NCBI RefSeq assembly: GCF_006345805.1
Contig: NC_042998.1
Coordinates: 64,356,001-64,420,000 of the forward strand
DNA length: 64,000 nucleotides
Source of the DNA: Octopus sinensis
Lineage: Eukaryota
Direction: 5' to 3'
The translations under genes were made by a program, and so were the position numbers. The notes beneath the pieces are model-generated. The model saw only the letters and a list, made by a program, of their open reading frames with translations. It was not told the origin of the DNA and did not search any database. Below, in pieces: positions 14,921 through 26,912 of this stretch. The stretch's first letter is position 1, and each line of letters begins with the position of its first letter.

Positions 14921-16974
14921 TATATATTACAATCCACCACGTGAGAACAATTGACATTCCTCTTTTCTGTTACTACTATATATATATATCCACATATATA
15001 TCCCACTTCTCCATATATATGTGTTTATATTTCTAGCTATTTGGATCCCTATCTATTCCTCAAATTACACACACACTCGCGTATATATGAATAAATGATC
15101 TGCTTTGTGTTACTCTTTCTGCTTGCATTTTGCATTCTTGTAGTTTATTTCGTTATATGTAAGATGTTATGTTCCCTTATAATTCCTAAAGGCCATTCTC
15201 CTTCATATTAATTATTGCTTCTCGACGCTCAGTCCTCCTTTCACCATCACGTTAATCTACACAGAAAACGCAAGTCTAACTGCTAACCACAAGAAGCCCC
15301 TTCCTACGAACTACAATACCCATAGCTGTCTTTACGATTCCTTCCTCTTGTACTAGGCCACCAAACTCTGCATATTGTTTTCCATTTTCTCCCTTTCGTT
15401 TCCATGATCTTCACTTTCTTTCGGTACAGTTAAATCAATACTGACTACACTAAGTGTACGAGAACCAAGTCGGAACCGCGATACAAGAACCAAGTCCTAT
15501 TCACTATGTCTCTTGACAACACCTTCTGGGTGTCTGTCACCATCACCATCAGTAACCCATAAATACCAACTAAGTGTACACATTTCTCATATATATTCCT
15601 ATTTTTCCCTTCCTTACAAATTTAATACGTCTCGGCAACTGTGGTGTTTTATGTTTGAGACGTTGAACCTCCTCGCACGTATCGTCTACCCGCCTATTGC
15701 CAGGATATTTTATTGTGTTTCTGTGTATAAACTGGGTGTTGAGCTCAGGAAAAATATAGAACACACACACCTACACATTCTTCCACTTCTTGCTGAAATT
15801 CCCGCCTCCACATCTTTTAAATTTCACAGAAGATGGTACCATATGAAATGTGGAGATAATTACAAACCGGATTGCTTCTGAGGAGATTCAAACTTTCCAA
15901 AACGTGCGTTTCTTATCAAATTTGTCCAATGGTATCCATGTGTACATAGGTCTTTGCTTTGCAACCCTCCTACAAATGCCTTTCTTCCCGCTGGTATATT
16001 TTCCCATCATGCCTCACTTTTCCTTCCTGTAATGCAAACTCAAAGATTTCTTTTGATGAAAGAAATTTCAGATAGTTTTCAATATAAACCCAAAGCCTTA
16101 TTCCTCTTAGCATTTAGAAAAACAAAAATTAACTACTTTTTGTACCACCCTTCACTTGAAATCCATTAAGGAGTAGAAGACTTGTGTTGCAAAGTGTTGG
16201 ATGCATCTAGGGACCTTGCTGTCCTTATATACGATAACACTGCTCCCACTTTAAATTCAACAATTAGGTTAAGTGGGAATTACAATTTCCTTGAACGGCC
16301 AAATAGAGGACATCACAGCTCCCAAACACTTCTGTTATCAAACATTCATTATCTGATCCATGCGCGAAAAATATCGTTTATATAGAATCCATACACTTCA
16401 CAGCTATTCTAATTGCCTTGCATTTTGAACCGACAACTTGTATTATTCTGTACCAATTCATATGGATCGCTTACCGCTTGTATCTATTGCCATTCAGTTG
16501 TGAGTTTAAAAATATTACTAGAAAACATACAAAGAAAACCGTTGACATGAAATTTCACATTTCTAACAGAGTGGTGCTTCTCTTTAATATTTCATTTTTT
16601 CTTGTTTTCTATATTTTTCGCATCTACTCGTAATACTCGAGATGCACGTTCTTCATATATCTCTCGATAGTACGTAATAAATAATCTCAACAGCAGCTGC
16701 GCACTCAAACAGTATGTGAGCTGATAACAAGCTTCTTTATGATCATACCATTCCATCTAATCTTCTCCTGTACATGAGTGATAAAACAACAAATATGAAT
16801 ATAATATGATTTATTGTGCAACATAATACTTCTTTTGTTTCCGCGAACGTAGGAAGTGTGTATCCCTCGTAATAACCTATCGTGCAAGGTTTTCTATTAC
16901 GTATGCAAATATGTTAAAGTCAGTAGTTTTAGGGATCGGTTCGTTTAATTTTTCGTATAAATTGCTATATATCT

Positions 16975-16979
16975 ATTTA

Positions 16980-17042
<63 letters not shown>

Positions 17043-17050
17043 TATATATA
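16975..17050. repeat. (CT)n(TA)n microsatellite
   Basis: Visible in sequence. Confidence 0.93.
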
Positions 17051-17341
17051 TTAGAAGAAATGAGGTAATCAGAAGATCGGATGGTTTATATTTACAGATA
17101 TTTATTTATATATTACATTTTTTACATATATATCATATCACTTAGATCATTAGCGCTTTCTCCTATTCTAGTGGGGTTTTCAAATCAAAAAATTATTTTG
17201 ATTTGAAAACCCCACTAGAATGGGAGAAAGCGCTAATGATCTAAGTGATATGATATATATGTAAAAAATGTAATATATAAATAAATATCTGTAAATATAA
17301 ACCATCCGATCTTCTGACTACCTCATTTCTTCTAATATATA
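17046..17341. repeat. Long inverted repeat (about 145-bp arms, 5-nt spacer, 2 mismatches)
   Basis: ttagaagaaatgagg...caaatcaaaa / aatta (17191-17195) / ttttgatttg...cctcatttcttctaa, checked by eye. Confidence 0.97.
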
Positions 17342-17373
17342 ATACCTGTACATCATCTCCAAACCTTCCAATT

Positions 17374-17407
<34 letters not shown>

Positions 17408-18003
17408 TATATTGGTCAAGCTTAGATTCGAATGTTGGAATTCGAAATGGCGAATACCATAGACGACTACCGTATTCTGTGAAGAGACGTGCGGATAGCG
17501 AAAGGTACAACTTTTGTTTTAAGAATTTCACAAAGATTTACCTATTATCTCAGAAATAACCAACATCGAAATCTCGCTATTAAAAGTTTGCTACTCTAAA
17601 TGAAACAAATATTTTTGCGAAATTCCCGCCAAAGTTCCTGCAGAAACCTTTGATGATTTTTACCAGTTTTGATTAATTATTTAGATAAGCATTTTCACGC
17701 AGACTCATAAAACGGGAAGAATACATAAAATTCCATGGTAATTTTGTTTAGATTCTACAACGACTAAGCAGATCATCATTAGACAGGAACTGCATTGAGA
17801 GGGAAAGAAACCAATAAGAGGAATTTCACAATGGAGGAGATGATATTATATACACAACAACATATCTTCAAGGACTTGCTAGTTTGGAACTAACATTAAA
17901 AAATCATGGTGTGCATACATATCTCAGAAAGATTCAGAGATACCTGAAATGCAAACAGTAATGGGGTCGTCTAAATAATATTTAATTTATTGGCAGTTGT
18001 TTA

Positions 18004-18192
18004 AGTCGGCGTGCGGGCAGAATTGTTAGCGCACCGGACGAAATGGTTGGCACCATTTCATCGGACTTTATGCTCTGCGTTAACATTCCGCAGACGTCAA
18101 AAACCAAATTACTAGTAATGTTCTGGGGTCGATGTAATCGAATTAAACCCTTCCTCCCCAAAAATTTGCTGGCTTTGTCCCAAAATTTCTGC
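18004..18192 (+). mobile_element. SINE family 1, degenerate
   Basis: ggcg.gc.ggcagaattgttagcgcaccggacgaaatg...ctggggtcgatgtaatcga...aaatttgctggctttgtcccaaaattt. Confidence 0.8.
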
Positions 18193-19539
18193 ATAATACC
18201 TGCGTTCTATACATTTTGCGTTGAAGACGAATCTTTAGTTTTGGCGTACATACAAGTTCAGTTTTATTCCTATCAATTTACGCAAATCGTTTGGTATTTT
18301 GCAATCGAAATTGAGTATTTCAACCAAGAGCTTGGAGCAGTGTATTTCCTGCAGGCCTTACTGCTGTTTTCTGGCATGTAATATTTCGGCTGTTTCATAT
18401 GTACTTTTATTCATCTTAATAATCTTATGATTAATAAGTTTTATAGGCTATATTAATCTTACGATTCCTTTTTTCTGATGTTTAAATATAAAGTTGTATA
18501 TATATATATATATATACAGTGAGAGAGAGGAGGGGAGAGAGAGAGATAAAAATTACATGGTAAAGGATGCGTGACGTTCAGTCATATATAAATAATATAT
18601 ATGTACAACAATAAAGTGCGAATTACTAGTACATGGAACTTGAACTATTCTTTTGTTCAAAGAAAGACACAAATGGAAAACAAAACAAACACAAAGTCCT
18701 TTTTTGTTTGCTTTGTTTTCCATTCATGTCTTTCATTGTTCGAAAGAATAGTTCATGTTCCATGTACTCGTAATTCGTACTTTTTTGTTGTACACACTTC
18801 ATGACGTCCTGTGTCCACACATGCATATATATATATATATATATAGATCTAAGTTTGTACATAAATGCATGTATATATGCACATATATATTATTTATATA
18901 TATATAGTTTACATTCTTTAATAATCTTTCGGTTTCTGTTTCAGCTCCGTTACATCTCTCTAAAATTATTCAATTTTAGATGGGCGTATATTTATTTGTT
19001 ACTTTATATATATTTATATATATATATTTACTCAGCCCCTCAATCTCCCTAAATATATAGACGCGAACATTAGAAGTATAGTCGCAATTAGTTTAGTGTA
19101 GAAGAAAGCGTTTGTAGCTACGGTCAGGTATATATATTTATAATTTACATCCTGTTAATAATCTTTTATTTTCTATTTCAGCTTTCTTGTTAATAATCTT
19201 TCATTTTCTATTTCAGCTTCGTAACCTCCTCTCTTTCTCGTCTTTCTCCTTCTGTCTCTTCACTTCTCTCTATCACACCATCGTTCTTCTCTGAGCCGTT
19301 CAATCTTTCCTTGTCTCTTCACTTCTCCACTTCTCTCTGTCACACCATATTTCCTCTCTCAGGCTCTCAATTTTTCTAAATATGTAGTCGCGAACTTTCC
19401 CCTCTTACTCTTTTCTTATCTTCTCTCAGCTCTCAATCTCTCTAAATACATAGACACTTTCTTTCTCTATTTCTTCTCTACCCTCTATCACACTATTAAA
19501 TTTTAAATATAATTAGATAGATAAATAAATAACATATCC

Positions 19540-22500
19540 CAAATGCCAAGAACCTGGAGAAGTAATGAATTGGGAATGCGCCGACGGAGATAATCCGAAC
19601 AACATAATTACAGCTGCGCTTAAGAGCAGTGGATATAAACAAAACCATAGTTCAGATAGAGCGAAAGAAGCAGGAATTTATACGCTCCTATGCACTCATA
19701 AGATCTCACATTGGCACGCTTGATGTCATCTTTGACAACGAACAAAGTAAAAATGGCAAGCATGGAGACGCGGGTGCTGATGAAAGTTGTCACCCCCACT
19801 TGGTAGACACCTAAGAAGAAGATTCAAGTGAGAAACCTGCCCGGGAAGTAAACCCAAGTGCAAGTGCTCCTACCAGCACCAAAAGTCATGGAGATGAAAG
19901 AGCCAAAAAAGAAATAAAAGGAGGAAAAACTAAAACAAAAAGAAAAGATGAAACAGCCAAAGAAGGAAAAACTAAAACTCAAACAAAACCAAAAACTGAA
20001 ACAGCCAAGTATAGAAGCAAACCTGACTATCCATGTACCAAAAAGGATAGAAACAGACAGCGCACATGAATGTGTAAATTCTACCTTACAGGTGTCTGCT
20101 GGCATGGAGAGGAAGGTGCAGGCTGCCGTTTCGCACATCAAAGACCCTGTCACAGAAACACGAAACAGGTCAGAAACCAACTACCAATAGGAAAAGGGAT
20201 GGACCACGCACCACCTGCACCAAAACGGAGGTACGCAGATGTGGTGCGCGCTACAAACCGCCAACATGTTATTGAAAGGGCAGCTGCTGAACAAGAATCT
20301 TTTTTGTGCATGGCACAAAAGATTGTACAGGAGCTAACCTGGCTCCATCAAACTCAAACTCGCAGATGGGACTATACACAATACACAAGACCACCACAGC
20401 AAATAGACCCAGGGTGGACACCGCCGGCAACAGCATACACCTCACCTCGATGCTCCTACTGAACATCAGAGGACTGCTAACACTCAGTAACAGGACAAAA
20501 ATCCCGTTCTTGAGAGACTTTGTTGCATGCAATCAAGCCTTATGCATAGCACTTACGGAAACACAGCTGAAACCGGACAGAGCAGATGCGGAAATACACA
20601 TACCACAGTATGTTGTACTACGGACCGACAGAAAAGAAAGGAGTCATGGAGGAGTTGCTATGTATATCCGTGAGGACCTCACACCCCAGGTCCTTTTGCC
20701 ATACTCAAATTCGGTGTGTGACACACTAATTGTACATATAAGGCAACTTGGTGTAGTTATATGTGCTACATATCGCCCTCCAGATGCCCCAAGCCATGTA
20801 GGCAAGTTTGAAGACTGCCTTATAAAAGTAGAAGTTCTAGTCACATTAGAACAACACATAAGTGTACTTCTTATGGGAGACTTCAATCTACCCAATGTCA
20901 GATGGCCCGAGGGCCTTTCTCGCCCAGGAATGACATGATGTGAACGAAGACAGATGAGGTCCCTCCTGAACCTCATCAACACTCTGTACATGGATCAAGT
21001 AATACTTCAACCAACCAGGGCATGTGACATGCTGGATCTCTGCTTCACAAATAATATGGATGTTATCCATAATGTGAAAGTGATGCCGACACTACTCCCG
21101 GATCACAACATGGTATAGCTGACCATGTACGGGCCAAAGGAAAGCATGGGCATGCAGCCTACAAGAAACTCTCTGAATCTTTCCAGCTTGAACTTCCATA
21201 AGGCAAACTGGAAACAAATTGAGAAAGAGATCCTCAGACAAAACTGGCCTGAATGTCTATCCTCGCCAGACATCGACGTGAAACTTCAACAATTCATGTC
21301 TGTAATGCAAGCCATATGCTACAAATGTGTCCCAGAAAGAAAGGCCACCGTACACAAGAGCAAAATCCCCAGAGAGAGGAAGATTCTAATGAGACGGCGT
21401 ACAAAAGTTTCAAATCGCCTAAACAAACAAATTGAAAGCAGTGAAAAGTCCCGCCTGAAAATAAAAGTGTTGGAAATTGAAAAATGTCTGCAACTCTCCC
21501 ATGAAAAATAAAGAGCAGACAAAGAAGCCTGGGCTATAGACGACATAAAATCTAACCCCAGAGCTTTCTACAGGTATGCAAAAAAACAGCCACGGTGCAC
21601 TGTAGGATAGGGCCACTCCTTGAAAAGGATGGCACACTCACAGGAAATCCAATGAGGGTAGGTGAAATACTAAATGAGCAATTCAAGAGTATTTTCACGC
21701 CACCCCTAGGACATTTTCAGGTCAGCAATCCTACTGACTTCTTTACCACTGCAGATATAAAATCAGCGATGATTGATTACATCAATATAAAGGAAGACGA
21801 TGTAATAAAGGCTATTGATGAAATGAAAACAAACTCAGCTACTGGCTCCGATGGATTCCCAGCAATCCTTCTAAAAGTATGTAAGAGGGTCCTAGCAAGA
21901 CAACTGCAGTTCCTCTTTCAGAGCTTCCTTGCAACTGGCAAACTTCCAAGAAAGCTGAAGGCAGGTAAAATACGCCCTATTCATAAAGGAGGCCAAGAAC
22001 TACAGACCTATCTCTCTGACCTAACACATCAGCAAGGTCATGGAACGAATAGTCAGAAGGAAACTAATAACCTTCCTTGAAGAAAATGACTTGCTGCCTG
22101 ACACCCAACATGGTTTCCGACCAGGAAGAAGCTGCTTAACTCAGCTCCTACAACTCTATGACTGGGTGATGAAACGACTGCTCAACCACTCAAATGTGGA
22201 AGTCATATATCTCGACTTTGCAAAGGCCTTTGATAAAGTCGATCATGGAATGCTATGTCACAAACTGCGTGATCTTGCATGATAGTTGGAAAATTGGGAG
22301 AATGGCTTCATGACTTTCTGAAGGATAGAAGTCAGGTGGTAGTAGCCAATGGGGCCACTTCCATTAACACGCAAATAGTGAGCGGTGTTCCGCAGGGCAC
22401 TGTTTTGGGACCACTACTGTTCATAATGGCCCTCTCAGACATGCCCTCAGCCACGCAGAGAGTCACGATCACAAGTTATGCAGATGATACAACAGTTTCA

Positions 22501-22775
22501 CAGGCAATACAGAACCCTGAATACACTAAGCACCTGCAATGTGAGCTGGACAAAATATACAAGTGGGCTGAAAAGAATAGCATGCAGTTCAATGCTGAAA
22601 AGTTTCAAGCTCTATGCTATCAGCACGCAAAACTAAATACATTAAACCTGGAGGGACTGTAATCCCAGAGGCACAATCAGTGCGAGACCTGGGTATTTAC
22701 ATGAGTAATGATGCAACCTTTCATGTGCATGTTGCTAAATAGGCAATGAATTATAGGCGGCTGACCAGGTGGATT

Positions 22776-22778
<3 letters not shown>
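19540..22778 (+). mobile_element. CR1/L2-group LINE, decayed: ORF1 with CCCH finger, ORF2 with APE endonuclease and RT; 3' end lost at a (TA)n array
   Basis: EN: LNIRGL..IALTETQL..RSHGGVAMYIRE..ATYRPP..MGDFNLPNVRW..LDLCFTN..PDHNMV; RT: DGFPAILLK, QHGFRPGRSCLTQLL, IYLDFAKAFDKVDH, SGVPQGTVLGPLLF, YADD, FNAEKF; several stops and frameshifts. Confidence 0.95.
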
Positions 22779-22852
<74 letters not shown>

Positions 22853-22866
22853 GTGTGTGTGTGTAT
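22779..22866. repeat. (TA)n(TG)n microsatellite
   Basis: Visible in sequence. Confidence 0.95.
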
Positions 22867-23049
22867 ATTTTTTATTAGGGAATAAATATTCCGGCATTAC
22901 AAGGATTCTAACAAAACGAGTTATTCTCAATGAGGAAATATATTTATTCCAGGCTTCAGCGGGGGAAGTTGAAATTTGATATTATTGTGATGAGTGGTCA
23001 CTCTACATCTATCCATCGCTACAGGTTTATAGCTTTATGTTTATAGTGT

Positions 23050-23200
23050 GTATGTGCGTGCATATACACACACATACATATATACATACATACATACATA
23101 CATACATACATACATGCATACACAGGCATATGTACGTACATGCATACGTGCATACATACACACATGTATGCATACATACACACATACATACGTACATATA
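23050..23200. repeat. Degenerate (TACA)n microsatellite
   Basis: Visible in sequence. Confidence 0.9.
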
Positions 23201-23454
23201 TATGACGAACTAACTGTTACTTTCTCAGATGCAGCACGGATTTTTGTCAGTGAACAGGTCGCGGATTTTAGCGACGAAAATATTTTGACAAATTAAACTT
23301 AAATGTTGAAGTGAATCGAACGGCTTTTGTGTGTTTCTTAAATGGCTTATAAACACCTTCCACGCTGTAAATGTTTTCGTTTCAGCACACGATCTCAGAT
23401 CAAATTACTTGCTATGCGAGTACATCTCCGTAATATATATATATAATTTTCTTT

Positions 23455-23995
23455 TATTCCTTTATAGTTTCAGCTAGAGGCTGAAGCGGTACAGGAGCTG
23501 TGCCATTCAGTTTTGCTATCCCCTTTCGGTACAGTTTTGGGTTGAAAAAGCGAGCTGGGCGATGTTCTTCTTTGTGCCTCCTGCCGTGATGGGATTTCAG
23601 GCAGAAATTTTCCACGTGCGTTTTGATCGTTTTCTCATCTACACCTAGTAGAACACTTAAGTTCCTTGACACGATGTTAAACAGTTGTAGTCCCCTGAAA
23701 ACCAAGACATTGCAATACTGACTCTCTGTCTGAGATTAAAATGACGGTATCTTCGTTATTATGCAGTGCCGTCCACTTTATTGGTTGGTATAACTTTCAA
23801 TTCCAATGTTAGTAGCTAAACCTAGAATCTTTTATATGTATATTACAACATACCTTTCTCGTCTTTTCTATATTGAGTAGAGCTTCATTTCTTAGCCCCT
23901 CCTAATCGCTCATCTGTTCCACCGAGTCAACTTTCTGTATGTAGTGGCGCTGGATTGCCTAATGTTCCGCCATTTATTCCTAATTATCTTATATA
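23455..23995 (-). mobile_element. CR1-group LINE ORF2 C-terminal fragment, inverted relative to 19540-22778
   Basis: Minus translation with stops: AIQRHY..KLYSI*.RRERYVVIYI*KIL..NIGIESYTN..GRHCII..CLGFRGLQLFN, typical of the CR1/L2 ORF2 tail. Confidence 0.75.
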
Positions 23996-24698
23996 TATAA
24001 TTTATCCCTAATTATCTCATCAAATAGTCAATTTTAGATCACAGATGTTTCCTTCCTCTCTTGATATTATTCACCCATTGGGAAACAGTCTCATCGGGAA
24101 ATAAAAGATATATAAACCAAAATGCCGCAACATATTTATTTAACCTCGTTTGAAGTAATGTTAAAGACAACCATCTCTATATGTGATCTGTGACACACTT
24201 TATAGCGTTTAAATTGTCATTTAGATGATCTGGATTCATATTTATTTGTTTAATTGAAGAAGCCCGAAAAGTGATAACCGTCATTTCATTTGGGAAACTC
24301 TTAGTTTCAGAGGCAGTAGAAGAATCATTTCTTGCGATGAGAAATTATTTCAAGCTGCGTTCCTATCATTATATGCATAAATATCAAAATTCGCACGCCT
24401 CGTATAAATCTCTGTTGAACAATCCATTTCCCTATATATTGTGTGACACACTTCATTGAGTATGCATTAGGCGACTGTTGATCTGGATTTCCATGCGTTT
24501 GTCGCAGATTACAAAGTGCATGAATAGGCCCACTACAAAGCTCACAGCAATTAAACAGCAATGAATTTGAATGACAAATCAATGCATTACACAGATATTT
24601 CTGTTTGAACATTTCGCTTAAGTATATACATATTTATATATGTGTTTGGATAGCATACTTCCTTGTATTGTCGTGTGTTTACATAAGTATATGTTTAC

Positions 24699-24768
<70 letters not shown>

Positions 24769-24848
24769 CGTCCAATAATACTATACGTGTTCCACGTCCT
24801 CGCGTTGTTGTGTTTTCTCTTTGTGTTTTCATGTTTGGATTAACTATA

Positions 24849-24927
<79 letters not shown>

Positions 24928-25410
24928 TGTGTGTGTGTGTGTACGTATGTATGTATTACAAGTTCTCATATTAATGAATATATATATATATCGGAAAGGA
25001 CAATGTAGAGAATTGTATCGTTTTCGGCCTACAGCTACATCTCGAGAACATTGTACTTGCATTCATCCTATAGCTACATATACCATCTGTTACCACTTCA
25101 TCGTACGTGAGGACGTACTGTACCAGACTAGCCAGAAAATGATTCTTTTTATCGGATTGCATTAAAAATCGAAGTAACACTGGATGTCCTTCTCTAAAGT
25201 ACAGGAAAACTTTATATGATTACGACCATTTGCATAAAAGATATTTTTCCTTCAGACTTAGTCAACCTCTTTGCAGTTCTTGGAGTTGTCTGCAAGCTGA
25301 TAATGAAGAATGAGTGCGATTGCTGTATTGTTCTTTATTTTTTTTTGATAAATGAAATGATAGAAATGCTTTATTTTATGAAATTACATTTACTTACATA
25401 AGAATAGTAA

Positions 25411-25682
25411 TGCAAGAGTGGCTCTGTGGTAAGTTTGATGTTTGTTAAGTTTGCTTCCCAGCCACATGGATCCGGTTTCAGTCCCACTGCATGGTGCCTT
25501 GTGTCTTCTCCTATAGCTTCGGGCCGAACGTCCCTATAACTTTCGCAGGTTGGCCTAAGAGACAGATAGTATAAGTCCTAAGCCTATAAAGATTAAGTAC
25601 TTGGGTCGATTTGTTCTACTAAAGGCAGTGCTCCATCATGGCCAAAATCAAATGACTGAAACAGGTAAAAGAATAAAAGATA
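25411..25682 (+). mobile_element. SINE family 2
   Basis: gagtggct.tgtggtaag...ccacatgg.tccggtttcagtcccactgc...gtcttctcctatagc...gtcgatttgtt...atgactgaaacaggtaaaagaataaaag. Confidence 0.82.
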
Positions 25683-25830
25683 TCAGCACAAATGTTTGTT
25701 TGAATTAGGTTGATGAAAAATATGTTTAACGCTTTTAACATGGCATATCAAAGTATACTATTCCTATACAAACTGATAACATCAACCGTTCGATCAGTGA
25801 ATGACATATTGCTATTTTTATTTTATTTAG

Positions 25831-25915
25831 GAGGAATTGCGTGCTTGTATGATGGGCATGCCGTTCTGTTTCCAGGGTGCCTTAGCTTTCGAAGAATTCC
25901 ACCAAGAAATTTCTG
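25831..25915 (+). CDS. Candidate internal coding exon of an unidentified host gene (EELRACMMGMPFCFQGALAFEEFHQEIS)
   Basis: Strong acceptor gctatttttattttatttag|G, donor TG|gtaaat, GC-richer than flanks, open in two frames; no homologue recognised. Confidence 0.4.
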
Positions 25916-26912
25916 GTAAATGTTGTATAATTGCCCAATGCTCCAGGGGCTAGTAATTTGAACGTAGTTTGATGCTAGCACCGCTGTAGTAATCTTGCGT
26001 CTCTAAAATAACCGATATACTAAATAGTTCTTTAGTTGTAACACTTTGGACTGGTTCTTATGAAACAGAAAATTTAAATGCACCACACAGTCATATGACT
26101 GAAGAGGTGCTACATCATCATCATCAATCGTCCGCTTGCTTGAATGCCAGATACAGCGAGATCACTACTTTGGTAATGTATTCCAATATATTTCTAAGAA
26201 ACCTTTATCATTGATATGTATTATGAAGAAAAATAAACCTGAAGCCGACTACCAATTACTTTTCAATGACAGCTTCTAATTGCCGTATTCAAATATGTGA
26301 GATATGAACAGCTATAACTTGAGTTTCTTCCAATACCCAAAGGATGTCCATTCTATTCTATAAATGTTTTCAACGTGAAATTGAGGACATATTTGTGTGT
26401 ATATTCCCCTCGCGTAAGACGCAAAGCATTGAAATTAAGTCTAGGATTAAGATGCCTTACTATCAAGATAAATGATATATTGTCCACGTTGAAAATTGAA
26501 ATCACTGTTCAGATGGAGTAGTGCGCAAGATTTGTACGTGTCGTACAAAATGAATGTGGGCGACAATCAACGCTGTTTTGCATTAAATGGACGCATTATC
26601 TACAATCCGAAACACCAGCCTTCGTTCCAAAATTCATGATATAAATTACCCTTAGCCGAATGACTGTAGTGGAGGAATGTTGTCTTCGTGAGTGTATCAA
26701 TCTAGGCACAATTTCTAGGGTGGTATTTCGCCACGTAGATTTGCCAAGGCAAATAAATATATCACGGAAGCCATAACTGGAAGCAAATGTCGCCTCATCT
26801 TCTATGCACTAAAATGTATTACAGACTTACATTGAACGAAGAGGGCTTCTTAACCAAAGGGTTAAATGATTACGTGCATTCTTTGGTAATTAACTCATAT
26901 ATATATATATGT

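Noticed and set aside
15200-16400. GC-elevated segment that may be a decayed LINE (L1-like KISW..GG or endonuclease-like)
   Set aside because: No motif could be matched convincingly in any frame.
24325-24612. Minus ORF with CELCSGPIHALC resembling a Ginger/KRBA2-type Cys-His motif
   Set aside because: The motif is incomplete, with no integrase context or splice support.
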